The position numbers and the translations under genes were made by a program. This document shows positions 30,362 through 39,380 of a stretch of DNA of 56,536 bases, piece by piece; positions within the stretch are counted from its first letter, which is position 1; every line of letters starts with the position of its first letter. The DNA comes from a virus (lineage: Duplodnaviria > Caudoviricetes): positions 1 to 56,536 of the IMG/VR virus record IMGVR_UViG_3300036901_000031; one strand, given 5' to 3'. The notes beneath the pieces were generated by a model, which had not been told where the DNA came from, ran no database searches, and worked only from the letters and a program-made list of their open reading frames with translations.

Positions 30362-31369
30362 TTAAATGAATAGTGCTTCGTCTGGAGCGTCAGTTTCTTT
30401 TTGGTCTTCGGTTGCTGCTTCCTTTGCAAGGGAATCCTGTCGATCTGCCAATTCTGCTCGGCGTGCTAGCTCAACCTGTGCGACAAAGGCGTCTCGATAG
30501 TCATCGACCTTTTCGCCACTAAATCCGGCTGTCTTCGAGGTAATATGGGAATATGCCATTTCTCTAGTAATTCCGGCATCCGCCAAAGTCCCGGTTTCAA
30601 GTTCAGAAGCAAAAATTCTCGGCTCCTCGGTGAGGAGCTTGTCGAAGTCCTGTCCTTCCGATTCAGCAATGATCTCCGAAGAAACAACGTCTAGCCAATT
30701 GTCTCCCTTAGCTCGGCCAAGGTCTGCCTGATCTGCGACTCCATAATCAAAGGTTGCAGGAGGAGCAAATGCCTCTGCGTCGGATGCCTGGAGGTGGTCA
30801 AGAGCCTCTTTGATTTCAAGCTGCTCATTCTGGGCTTCGAGAGCAATTCTATGGAGAACCGTTTCCTCCAAATATGAAGCGCCCTTAACAATTAGATTCT
30901 GTGCCTCTACCTGGATCTCATTAAGCTTGCTGATACGATTTGCGAGGGATCGCTTGTCCTTCTCGTAAGGTGCATCAAGCTCTGTTCGAATGCGCTCGAC
31001 GGGATTGGTCGTAACCGACGCCAAATGCTCATTGTGATAAACAAGGTTGTCATCCTCGGAGGCATGAGTCTCAAACTTAGAAATTCGTCCGTTTTCAAAT
31101 CGAATGGTAACCTGGCTGCCCCAAACGGTCGGCACACGACTAAGGATTTCACCCTTTAGACCACTAGGGGTAGTGATATGGGTGGCTGTTTTCTTAGTCT
31201 CTTCGCGCTCCTTTTGCTTGCGCTCTCGTTCTACAGTGTCAAGGTAGTCAACCGCAGTCTTCTCAACGTCGCCAAAATTATCTCCCTGGGCAATTTTGCG
31301 GCCTTCAAAGACGGCAGTAACGATATCGCCCTCAAAAGTGTATGTTGGAATTAATTCGGACATCGACAA
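30362..31369 (-). CDS. head-associated acidic helical protein
   Basis: Position in head module; repeated KTA motifs. Confidence 0.45.
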   Translation of the reverse strand: MSMSELIPTYTFEGDIVTAVFEGRKIAQGDNFGDVEKTAVDYLDTVERERKQKEREETKKTATHITTPSGLKGEILSRVPTVWGSQVTIRFENGRISKFETHASEDDNLVYHNEHLASVTTNPVERIRTELDAPYEKDKRSLANRISKLNEIQVEAQNLIVKGASYLEETVLHRIALEAQNEQLEIKEALDHLQASDAEAFAPPATFDYGVADQADLGRAKGDNWLDVVSSEIIAESEGQDFDKLLTEEPRIFASELETGTLADAGITREMAYSHITSKTAGFSGEKVDDYRDAFVAQVELARRAELADRQDSLAKEAATEDQKETDAPDEALFI

Positions 31370-31408
31370 TTATTATCTAGATACAATAAGAATACAGGTA
31401 TAAAAATC

Positions 31409-33550
31409 TTAGCGACTTCTACGGCGTCCTGCCCAATTGCCTCTGGCTCGACCCACAGCCGAACCATAACGCATTGCTCGATTAGCTTCGGTCTGTTCGC
31501 GGGAACGATAAAAGTCATGAATATTAACAGGACCCACACCTGAAACTGGCGGAGAATGTGAGCCACCAATAGGATACCCGCCTGCTGCACCACCAATTAG
31601 TGAGCTATTGGCTAGTCTATCTCGCATACGATTAACCATAAGGTTCCCAATTAGGGTATAAGTAACCTCAGCTACACAATCGGCCCGGTCCTTCAACTGA
31701 ACTGGACCAATATCTTGCTTGTCCACACGCGGATATTTGCTTCCTGTGTTCTGCTGCTGGAGGAACTTAAGCTCTTGATCGACCCCAAACGGTTTCTGCT
31801 CACGAGCATCATAGGGAGCATGGACAAGTCCCTGATAAAGGGCCGTCCTGAAGACCTCCCAACGCTTCCAGTTTAGTTCATTGGTAGCCGTCTTCATGTA
31901 TACCCGAGTAGCAATATTTCGCATTTGAAGGCGTTCTGATAGGTCCTGAATAGGATCGACCGATTCGTGTTGGTCGAAGGTAATCTCAAACGGGCGGTAA
32001 ATGTCGGCAAAAGTCTCTAGCTCTCGAAGGATTGGTGCCCATCGAATAACGCTGCCAGGAAAGTCCTTGGGGTTCCAGCTTTTGATCAGATCAAATACAA
32101 CGTGCTCTTCACTTACCCCGTCCCACTGTGTAAAGGTTTCGAGGTGGCCTAGAGCGAATCCAAATCCGGCTGTCGTGGATGAGGGGTCAACATGAATCTT
32201 ATATCGGAAAACGTTAAGAGCGCCTTCACCAGCCAAATCAGAACTATATAGTTGACGCCTGATAATCGGCATACCCTCTGCATTAGTCTCATAGTGGGTA
32301 GGCTTTCCTTCAAACATCTGATCCACCATTCGAGGGATCAAGAAAGCGTCTACAACTTCAGCAAACTTACCCCGACGTTCCACTCGATAGGACTCGGGGT
32401 TTTCTGCCTCTTTTGCTCGTGCCTGAAATATACGTCGGATATCCTCATCGCTATAGACCGGTTCTCCTTTTGCATCTAGTTCGTTCTCGTCCCAGTCAGG
32501 AGAGGCCGTAATAACATAATCGAACTTATGCTTTGGCATCCACTTACTCTTGTATCTCTTGTAATTCTCAAATAGTGCCCATGACGGATACATGAAGGCC
32601 ATAAGTCGGGGATTTCCATTACCTTCCGATGGGTCATCACCTTCTCCCATATCTTTTGAAAAGGATATTGGCTTAGTAGGGTCGAATGGCCGCATCATGG
32701 CTACATAGCGATCATAAAAAGCCCCAACCTTGGTATAAGGGGAACTATTACAGAACATCATCCCGTCCACACCAAACTGGTCCAGAGACGGGTCGGCAGC
32801 CTGATATACCTCGCTTGCCGACGCCTTGGATTGTCCCGGAATCATGTGGGCCATCTCGTCTATTACGCAAACCATCGTTGCCGATCCTCGAAGGGTACCG
32901 GCGTTAGCAGCCAAAGCTTTTCCTCTTAATCTGGCAATGGCTCTTGTTACTTTGCCCTGACGAGCCTGGACAATATCGATCTTGCGAAGATCGGCCTCCG
33001 TAGAAATGCGAATTTCGGTTTCCAAAGTGGGGAATACCCGAAATCGTTCCATTGCTTTACAGGACTCAACGATGGATACAAGATCGGCATACTGGAATTC
33101 CTTAGCCTGAGCTTCTGAACCAGCTACGCATGAAAAATAAATTTCTCGATCAGGGTCGATTCCATAATGTTCACCAGGATCGCCCAATTGAACAGTTTCG
33201 TACATGACCTTTCCTGTTGCGGCGGCAGTCATCCATCCCTTTGAAGAACGCCGTCCCCCTACAAGTCCTACCTCCCGAAAGTGCTTATAGCCATCAGCTC
33301 GAAGAAAATCAACTCGTTCCCGAATATCGGGGGAAATCTGAATCTCTGTACCGTTTCGACCACCAGCAATCCAGTAATCAAGGGTGTCCTCTTCTTCGCC
33401 GCTTAGCTCCTCAAGAAAGATTAACTTAAGGAATGTCTTCTGAGCCGGATAGAGAGCCTTGTTACAAAACTGATCCGACTCTACAAATTCCTCTATTCCT
33501 ACATGCCTTGGAACTAAGCTAGTTTCAATGGTGTCAAGAAGATTGGTCAT
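31409..33550 (-). CDS. terL: terminase large subunit
   Basis: Walker A GGRRSSKG, Walker B VCVIDEMAH, SSP motif, RNase H-like HVDPSS and KDRAD. Confidence 0.88.
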   Translation of the reverse strand: MTNLLDTIETSLVPRHVGIEEFVESDQFCNKALYPAQKTFLKLIFLEELSGEEEDTLDYWIAGGRNGTEIQISPDIRERVDFLRADGYKHFREVGLVGGRRSSKGWMTAAATGKVMYETVQLGDPGEHYGIDPDREIYFSCVAGSEAQAKEFQYADLVSIVESCKAMERFRVFPTLETEIRISTEADLRKIDIVQARQGKVTRAIARLRGKALAANAGTLRGSATMVCVIDEMAHMIPGQSKASASEVYQAADPSLDQFGVDGMMFCNSSPYTKVGAFYDRYVAMMRPFDPTKPISFSKDMGEGDDPSEGNGNPRLMAFMYPSWALFENYKRYKSKWMPKHKFDYVITASPDWDENELDAKGEPVYSDEDIRRIFQARAKEAENPESYRVERRGKFAEVVDAFLIPRMVDQMFEGKPTHYETNAEGMPIIRRQLYSSDLAGEGALNVFRYKIHVDPSSTTAGFGFALGHLETFTQWDGVSEEHVVFDLIKSWNPKDFPGSVIRWAPILRELETFADIYRPFEITFDQHESVDPIQDLSERLQMRNIATRVYMKTATNELNWKRWEVFRTALYQGLVHAPYDAREQKPFGVDQELKFLQQQNTGSKYPRVDKQDIGPVQLKDRADCVAEVTYTLIGNLMVNRMRDRLANSSLIGGAAGGYPIGGSHSPPVSGVGPVNIHDFYRSREQTEANRAMRYGSAVGRARGNWAGRRRSR

Positions 33551-34034
33551 TTGCCCGTTTCTTGGTCTTTGTCTGTCGGTTGGGATCTTCCTTCTGCCCG
33601 AGGAATGCTTCTCCTCTTTCCTTAGCCTTTACTACCTCATATCCCTTGCGCTCATGATCGAAACCGTACTTAAGAACCTCGTGACTCGGAAGTACCCCGT
33701 CAAAGGAAATAACGATTCCTTGACCCTCTAGAAGAGGAGTAACGTCTACGCTGACAATAAGCTGACACGTTTCCATCAGTCGATACTTGATCTCCTCTTC
33801 CATCTGATCAACTAGCTCCATGGCCCTATCTACATCAAAGCGGGCATCTAGAGCAAATCGAGACACAAACTTCTCTCGCCACTTGTTGATTATGGGGATT
33901 AGAGTTCTCCAAGCCAAAGAGATTTGCTCGTCGGTAAGATCCAGCGTCAGAGCATTTGAGAACTCTACGGAGGATTTAACAATTCCGTCTTTGACGGAGA
34001 GGTTTGGAGATGTTACAGCAAAGTCGTCGGTCAT
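33534..34034 (-). CDS. hypothetical protein upstream of terminase
   Basis: Overlaps the terL start. Confidence 0.55.
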   Translation of the reverse strand: MTDDFAVTSPNLSVKDGIVKSSVEFSNALTLDLTDEQISLAWRTLIPIINKWREKFVSRFALDARFDVDRAMELVDQMEEEIKYRLMETCQLIVSVDVTPLLEGQGIVISFDGVLPSHEVLKYGFDHERKGYEVVKAKERGEAFLGQKEDPNRQTKTKKRANDQSS

Positions 34035-34079
34035 AACTATCCTTTATTTGTTTACTTTTCTACCCCTTACAACGCAGAA

Positions 34080-34098
34080 AGGCCACTAAAAGTGGCCT
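34080..34098 (-). terminator. intrinsic terminator
   Basis: aggccact-aaa-agtggcct hairpin followed by TTT on the minus strand. Confidence 0.55.
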
Positions 34099-34121
34099 CT
34101 CAAGCGTTTGCCCGCCGAAAA

Positions 34122-35360
34122 TTACGGTCTTGGTGCAAAGACTACTGGGGCAGCGAAGGAGGTTGCCGCCGTGTTGTTTACGAGGTAAATTGCCAACGGG
34201 GCAACGTTGGTGAACGTTGCCGTAACCGTTGCCGATGCCGTAGCCTGGCCCGATCCTGGTCCCCATAGGGTAACCGATCCTGCCTGGTTCGCATACGCCG
34301 GAGTAACGGCTGTAACGTAGAAGTAGCTTCCAGAAACGGCAGCCAATCCCGTTGCAGTTACAACCGATCCAACCTGAATTCCCGTTGTATTAGCTACAGA
34401 GAGAACGTTACTGCCGCTCACCGTTGTTACAGGGGTCTGGGTAATAACCCCGGTATTTGCTGGGTTAATTACAGGAAGAACCGCTGTTCCTACTGTCGTC
34501 GTAACCGGCCCCGTTAGATTGATAACCAATCCGCTCGGAAGAGCCGCAACGACATCAAATCGTTCTGAACCGGATGCTGGCTTTGTAGCCAAAACAGTAG
34601 TTGTGGTAAGTAGAAGCGTATACTGACCGATTGAGCGATTCTTTATCTCTCCACCAGACGGGGTAATCGTCAAGGTTGAAAGAGAAAGAGTCGGCAATGT
34701 GTTGAATACCAAGTCGTAGTTGGACTTAGAGATTCCTCCGACTACGTAATATGCCCCAATTGCAGAAGACTGGGAGAGTTCCTTACGGAGGTTTCGATTG
34801 TTCTCTGAAGGAGTATATGTGTTATTGACCACATTTGGTGTGGTATCAGGTACCGCTACACCCGCCGAAGTAGCAGCAGGCTGATCTGTCGGGTTAACCG
34901 TACTAACTGTCGTTCCCCATCCTGCCGTCTGAGTAGCAAGACCGTCTGCATAAATTGTTCCACCAGTAACGTTAACCAAGAAGGTTTCTGCACCGGAAGC
35001 TGTTCCTCGATAGATGTTGTATCCGCCAACAGGCTCAGTAAAGTTACCGTTTTCGTCTACAATTGGCAACCAACGAAGAGTTAAGTACGAGGTAGTGTCG
35101 GCACTCGTTGTGGCAGTAACTTCAGCCGATGCAGGAGTTTCTCCACCATTACCATCAACCGCCGTGATAACGTAGTAATATGCTGTAGCAGAGCCGAGTC
35201 CCGTACCACCGGTAGTAGTTTCAACGGGGGTTTGTACTCCTATCGGAATAGGAAGCTGTCCTAAATCAATATAGGAAGTGGTGTTAGGGCCGATCTTGAA
35301 GCCGCCGATACGAAGGTTTTGACTGCGGTTAAAAGCTCGAATTGGTAGATATGCTGGCAT
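34122..35360 (-). CDS. virion structural protein with Fn3/Ig-like domains
   Basis: YYYVITAVDGNGGET..S..V, LRW, GYNIYRG; Thr/Gly-rich. Confidence 0.7.
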   Translation of the reverse strand: MPAYLPIRAFNRSQNLRIGGFKIGPNTTSYIDLGQLPIPIGVQTPVETTTGGTGLGSATAYYYVITAVDGNGGETPASAEVTATTSADTTSYLTLRWLPIVDENGNFTEPVGGYNIYRGTASGAETFLVNVTGGTIYADGLATQTAGWGTTVSTVNPTDQPAATSAGVAVPDTTPNVVNNTYTPSENNRNLRKELSQSSAIGAYYVVGGISKSNYDLVFNTLPTLSLSTLTITPSGGEIKNRSIGQYTLLLTTTTVLATKPASGSERFDVVAALPSGLVINLTGPVTTTVGTAVLPVINPANTGVITQTPVTTVSGSNVLSVANTTGIQVGSVVTATGLAAVSGSYFYVTAVTPAYANQAGSVTLWGPGSGQATASATVTATFTNVAPLAIYLVNNTAATSFAAPVVFAPRP

Positions 35361-35468
35361 TTTGTGTCCTTTTGTCGCCTACTTATTCGGCAACGATAGT
35401 TAGGGATCATAACCTACTTTATTCGGTTATCAATTTTTATATAGATAGAAGACCCTATAAATAAGGGT

Positions 35469-36170
35469 TTACGTCCAAGCACCCGTAGCATCGGTTAACG
35501 TCCAACCATCAAGGGCAACGCCCTTACCATAAACTAATGTTTGTTGCGGTCGTAATACTACAGCTAATCCGCTACAAGCAAGGTAAAGTGTAAAATCACC
35601 TGATGAGCCATTTAGCACTGTACTAGGGAACGGAACATCGGGTGGATTTATTGTATATGCTACTCCTTCGCCAGTAGGGATCGTAGCAAGGATTGAAGTT
35701 GTCGTGGTAGTAGTAATAGCCGAGCCACTATTATTATAAAGTTCTCCTCTAAATCGTAATACACCACCAGGATCTAATCTTACTGCGGGGACACCCGTTT
35801 GGGTTTGGCCCCCAGGAAAACTACCAATTATTCCACTTGTTAATATCAAAGATACCCAAGGAGTTGGGGTAACATTGATCCAACTCGATACTTGATCAAG
35901 CCATAAGACTTCGGTATCCGTTGCATAATATAGACGCCCCGCTGTCGCGGGGACCGGTATCGCAGAATATACTCCCTCTAAATAGAAAGAGGTCTGAGCG
36001 AATCCAACAGCCCCATTAGCTATTCCAGCCGTTGAAATCGGCACCCCCCGACCCGAAGAGTGGTCGTGATAATCAATCTTTGTAAAGTTCCCGGATAATT
36101 GTTTGTTGCTATAGGGGTCACTTAATTGATCCCACAGAACCAAAGACATTTTTGGACTATTTCTGGCCAT
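35469..36170 (-). CDS. minor tail / fibre-associated protein
   Basis: DYHDHSSGRG, GRLYYATDT, LRFRG patterns typical of phage tail proteins. Confidence 0.6.
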   Translation of the reverse strand: MARNSPKMSLVLWDQLSDPYSNKQLSGNFTKIDYHDHSSGRGVPISTAGIANGAVGFAQTSFYLEGVYSAIPVPATAGRLYYATDTEVLWLDQVSSWINVTPTPWVSLILTSGIIGSFPGGQTQTGVPAVRLDPGGVLRFRGELYNNSGSAITTTTTTSILATIPTGEGVAYTINPPDVPFPSTVLNGSSGDFTLYLACSGLAVVLRPQQTLVYGKGVALDGWTLTDATGAWT

Positions 36171-36207
36171 CGTTGATTATGGCGTTGTTTATCCCTAGAA
36201 ACCAAAA

Positions 36208-36226
36208 AACCCCCATAAAGGGGGTT
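36208..36226 (-). terminator. intrinsic terminator after lysis genes
   Basis: aaccccc-ataaa-gggggtt hairpin followed by T run on the minus strand. Confidence 0.6.
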
Positions 36227-36249
36227 CTCTGGTCATGCGACTGTCCAAA

Positions 36250-36600
36250 CTATGCGGCCTTTAGAATTGCAACAAACTTAGCTACCGTTCGAGCAATTGC
36301 ATAAGTTCCAGCCAAGGCAGCAACAACGATCTTGCTTTCCTTACTTTCACCATTTGCTAGAGCAGCATTCAAGGCTGCAACAACGACCCCATAAAACTCA
36401 GTTGTCTTATAACCGGCTTTGACTTCTCCTACTACTCCGGGAAGCAGCTTGATAATGGCCGATCCGTCTACCCCACCGAGTTGGAGAATCTCTGAAATAT
36501 TCTTCTCCTTAATAGCCTTAACTAACGGATCAACGTCCTGCTTTACGTCAGTAATTACTGACTGAAAAATGTCTGGGTCCTGCGTTGGTTTTGTCCCCAT
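36250..36600 (-). CDS. holin-like protein
   Basis: GYKTTEFY motif and C-terminal hydrophobic helices (YAIAR); follows two hydrolases. Confidence 0.6.
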   Translation of the reverse strand: MGTKPTQDPDIFQSVITDVKQDVDPLVKAIKEKNISEILQLGGVDGSAIIKLLPGVVGEVKAGYKTTEFYGVVVAALNAALANGESKESKIVVAALAGTYAIARTVAKFVAILKAA

Positions 36601-36616
36601 AAGGGTTCTCCTTTTG

Positions 36617-37063
36617 TTATGTGTTTCGTTGATGTCTTGGCTTGAAACCCGTAACGGTTTCTTTAGTTAGCCACCAACAATTTTCCCCTGTATGGGGTGC
36701 TTCACAATAAGTGTGATTCGGGTTGGCCCGTTTCTTAAACTCTAGGAAGCAATGATGTTGAACATTATCATCTCTTACCCATAATGTCAAGAGTTGACCT
36801 TCACCTTCTTCCCCCCATGTCAAAAATTCGGTTGTATCGAGTGCTATTTTAGATCCTAAAAGATTCCCGGCATGAAGGACGGCTGAAGCAAATCCTGAGC
36901 AATCATATCCCGCAGGTTCCTTAGATCCCGGAGGAGTGGATGGCTCGAAACCAGGATGGCCCCCTCCATAGGTGTAACGTGTCGGATAAGCGATAATTGC
37001 TTCTGCCTGATGGTATGCCTTCTCAACTTCAAAGCTAACCTTCAGATTGTTATTTAGCTGCAT
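36617..37063 (-). CDS. NlpC/P60-family peptidoglycan peptidase
   Basis: YTYGGGH...GYDCSGF...H. Confidence 0.8.
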   Translation of the reverse strand: MQLNNNLKVSFEVEKAYHQAEAIIAYPTRYTYGGGHPGFEPSTPPGSKEPAGYDCSGFASAVLHAGNLLGSKIALDTTEFLTWGEEGEGQLLTLWVRDDNVQHHCFLEFKKRANPNHTYCEAPHTGENCWWLTKETVTGFKPRHQRNT

Positions 37064-37691
37064 CTAGTTTTCTTTGCCACTCGGTATAAAGGGCATAGGC
37101 ATCCTCACCATATCGAATAGCCGCCGGTCCACTCCCATTATAATGCTGAAAAGCCAATCGAACATTTCCATCAACTTCTTTAAGAAGTTGGCTCATAAAT
37201 ACAGCCCCTACTTTGCCGTTGGGCAACGGTAACCAACAACCCCCAATACTATTTGCAGCTTCCTGCAACGATTTATCCGTTAGCTGACTGCGACCGCAAC
37301 CATTAACATGTAGACCACGTTCAACGTTGGCCCAATAAACCTTCCACTTAGGGTAAGTAACAGGACTTTCAAACCATTGAACTGGAAGGGCATCTCCTCC
37401 AGGATCGCCTCCCCAAATGTTCTTTCCTCCCCAAGATTCCATATCCAAAGAAGTAGCCACAATCGACGTATGAATATGAGCATAATCAGCCGATTCAAGA
37501 GCTACAGAGGAATCAACAATTCCATGTTCATTGAGAACATTAATTACCTTATATTCGTAAGTCGAGAAAAAGTAATTTTTTAGAGAAGATTTGATCTTAG
37601 GATTGTCCGCAACGTAGGCTATAGTCGAAGTAATAGCCCGAGAGACTATTGCATCACGTTCCTTATCACCTATGACTGTTGGACATCCCAT
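37050..37691 (-). CDS. lysozyme-like/lytic transglycosylase endolysin
   Basis: ES catalytic-like motif, GRSQLT, YNGSG..A..Y. Confidence 0.65.
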   Translation of the reverse strand: MGCPTVIGDKERDAIVSRAITSTIAYVADNPKIKSSLKNYFFSTYEYKVINVLNEHGIVDSSVALESADYAHIHTSIVATSLDMESWGGKNIWGGDPGGDALPVQWFESPVTYPKWKVYWANVERGLHVNGCGRSQLTDKSLQEAANSIGGCWLPLPNGKVGAVFMSQLLKEVDGNVRLAFQHYNGSGPAAIRYGEDAYALYTEWQRKLDAAK

Positions 37692-37802
37692 TATTTCTTA
37701 CCATCCCGATTCAAGACTTTTCTTGCGCCCGGATTTTCTAACCTGCGTAATTAAATACGAAGGCGTCTGAAGATTTACTATGTGACAGAAGTTCGACAAA
37801 AA

Positions 37803-37871
37803 TTGCGATAGGCAGAATCGAACTGCCTCCTACACCGTATGAAAGTGTATGTCAGCCATAGACTTACCGCA
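37803..37871 (-). tRNA. tRNA-Met/Ile2 (CAT), compact
   Basis: ACACT-TTCATAC-GGTGT; T arm GGCAG TTCGATT CTGCC. Confidence 0.7.
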
Positions 37872-37979
37872 TTGGATTTCCCCCTACCGCCTATCCTCGG
37901 TCATTGGGGTACTCAAATGTCGTGAAGTTCACTCTCCCTAATCCGGGGTGCGGAGTGTACGATAGGTGTCACGCTCGGT

Positions 37980-38141
37980 TTAGTGGCGTCGGTTACCTTC
38001 CATCCCTGGTCCGCGAGGCTTTCCCACGCGGAGACGATAGCGAGCGCACTTAATTTTGTTGCGTCCGTACTTTCGGTTCTTGCGTCCCTCCTTCTTCTTT
38101 TTCTTTGGAGGGGTGACAAGACGAACTACTGGTACAGCCAT
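37980..38141 (-). CDS. 53-aa very basic protein
   Basis: AAGGAG SD; MAVPVVRLVTPPKKKKKEGRKNRKYGRNKIKCARYRLRVGKPRGPGMEGNRRH (hand translated; below ORF-track cutoff). Confidence 0.6.
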   Translation of the reverse strand: MAVPVVRLVTPPKKKKKEGRKNRKYGRNKIKCARYRLRVGKPRGPGMEGNRRH

Positions 38142-38163
38142 GGATTTCTCCTTCGTTTAGGGG

Positions 38164-38178
38164 TCATATCCTAAACAT
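38164..38178 (-). other. 4-codon minigene MFRI with perfect SD
   Basis: TAAGGAGGTATTGCC ATG TTT AGG ATA TGA. Confidence 0.45.
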
Positions 38179-38209
38179 GGCAATACCTCCTTAGTTTGTT
38201 GTTGATAAA

Positions 38210-38281
38210 AGCGGATGGAGGGAATCGAACCCTCATCTCAGGTGTGGAAGACCGGCATAATAACCATTATACTACACCCGC
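38210..38281 (-). tRNA. tRNA-Gly(TCC)
   Basis: Loop CTTCCAC; cloverleaf. Confidence 0.9.
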
Positions 38282-38339
38282 GTAAGACCTTTTAGAACCC
38301 ATGTCCAGGGGCTTGCTAGCAATAGGGAATGACCCTACA

Positions 38340-38413
38340 AGCTCATTTAGGGAATCGAACCCTATCTATTCCGCTTTACAAGAGCGACGCAGCACCATTT
38401 CTGCATAATGAGC
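38340..38413 (-). tRNA. tRNA-Thr(TGT)
   Basis: Loop CTTGTAA. Confidence 0.85.
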
Positions 38414-38417
38414 GATA

Positions 38418-38894
38418 TTACAGTTTGTAGCCGGGGTTCTGTTTATCCAGGTCAGGAAGCTTATCCTCCCTAAATTAACGATCATCTGTCTCAGGAGATA
38501 GTTAGTCTCCTGGCGGATTCTTGACGAGTTGCCCGCTGCCCTCTACCTGCTATGTCCATAGGTTTCCCCTTAGGATTCGCGTCTTGAGGTTGCATCCTCA
38601 ACGTTCGTATGTGGTCCAAACGCAGCAACAAGAACCGGATCGGTTTTCCATAATGATGAATCCTTTTCCGCTTGCTTTACGAGATACAAAAGAACAAATG
38701 GAAACATTGCTTCCCGTTGTTCTTTTGTCGTGATAGATTTAGCTATCGCTTCAGCCGTTTTATACGACATTGCTGCTCCCACTACTACGTCGCTTATTTA
38801 CTGGGTTGATTAAGCCCATAACCGGATTTCCCCGGCCAGGATGCCCCGAACTTCCTCTACGCATACCTTCTGCGCAGCAATCGTCTAACTGTAA
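38418..38894 (-). ncRNA. rnpB: RNase P RNA
   Basis: P1 TTACAGTT/AACTGTAA; 5' GAGGAAGTTCGGGGC pairs with 3' AACAGAACCCCGGCTAC (P4); AGATGATCG conserved region. Confidence 0.85.
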
Positions 38895-38900
38895 ATTTTA

Positions 38901-38984
38901 AGAATACCCTCCTGCCCGGAGTCGAACCGGGGACGCCACCCCTGGGGGATGCGCTCTGTCCTCTGAGCTACAGGACGGTATTCT
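38901..38984 (-). ncRNA. tRNA-like RNA lacking a canonical anticodon loop
   Basis: Normal D arm (GCTC AGAGGACA GAGC) and T arm (CCCGG TTCGACT CCGGG); CCCCCAGGGG in the anticodon position; extended terminal stem. Confidence 0.6.
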
Positions 38985-38987
38985 AAA

Positions 38988-39058
38988 AGCGGATAGAGGA
39001 AATCGAATCCTCACATCTTCCATGGCAAGGAAGTAGGCTGCCACTACATCATATCCGC
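38988..39058 (-). tRNA. tRNA-Gly(GCC)
   Basis: CTTCC-TTGCCAT-GGAAG. Confidence 0.88.
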
Positions 39059-39067
39059 AAGCTTGAG

Positions 39068-39110
39068 TGCCCCTGGACGGATTTGAACCGCCGACACCCG
39101 GTTTCGAAAC
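39068..39110 (-). pseudogene. 3' half of a tRNA (TCG loop remnant, T arm, acceptor 3' strand)
   Basis: TTTCGAAACCGGGTGTCGGCGGTTCAAATCCGTCCAGGGGCA with no 5' half. Confidence 0.6.
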
Positions 39111-39115
39111 TTTAG

Positions 39116-39188
39116 TGCCCCCGCAGGGAATCGAACCCCGTATCTCTTGTTTCGAAGACAAGCGTATTTTCCGTCTTACTCCGAGGGC
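39116..39188 (-). tRNA. tRNA-Arg(TCG)
   Basis: CTTGT-CTTCGAA-ACAAG. Confidence 0.85.
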
Positions 39189-39248
39189 ATAATTGAGCCG
39201 TTTCATTCCTCGTTACTCAGGAGTTAGGCAATTAGGTTGCCATCCAAG

Positions 39249-39322
39249 TGCCCCCTCTGGGATTCGAACCCAGGATTTTCGGATTAAGAGTCCGCTGCCT
39301 TAGGCCGCTTAGCTAAGGAGGC
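39249..39322 (-). tRNA. tRNA-Lys(CTT)
   Basis: Loop CTCTTAA. Confidence 0.9.
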
Positions 39323-39380
39323 AAGTTAGCTAGTTTGCCCTTAGTAATCCCTTCGCAGGGTCATAGCGGGCGCTCGCTAG

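Noticed and set aside
31409-33550. Intein or intron in the terminase
   Set aside because: No C/S...HN splice motifs or LAGLIDADG blocks are visible, and the ORF is continuous
37970-38050. Apparent riboswitch-like hairpins
   Set aside because: They lie inside the 53-aa basic ORF and match no riboswitch consensus I recognise
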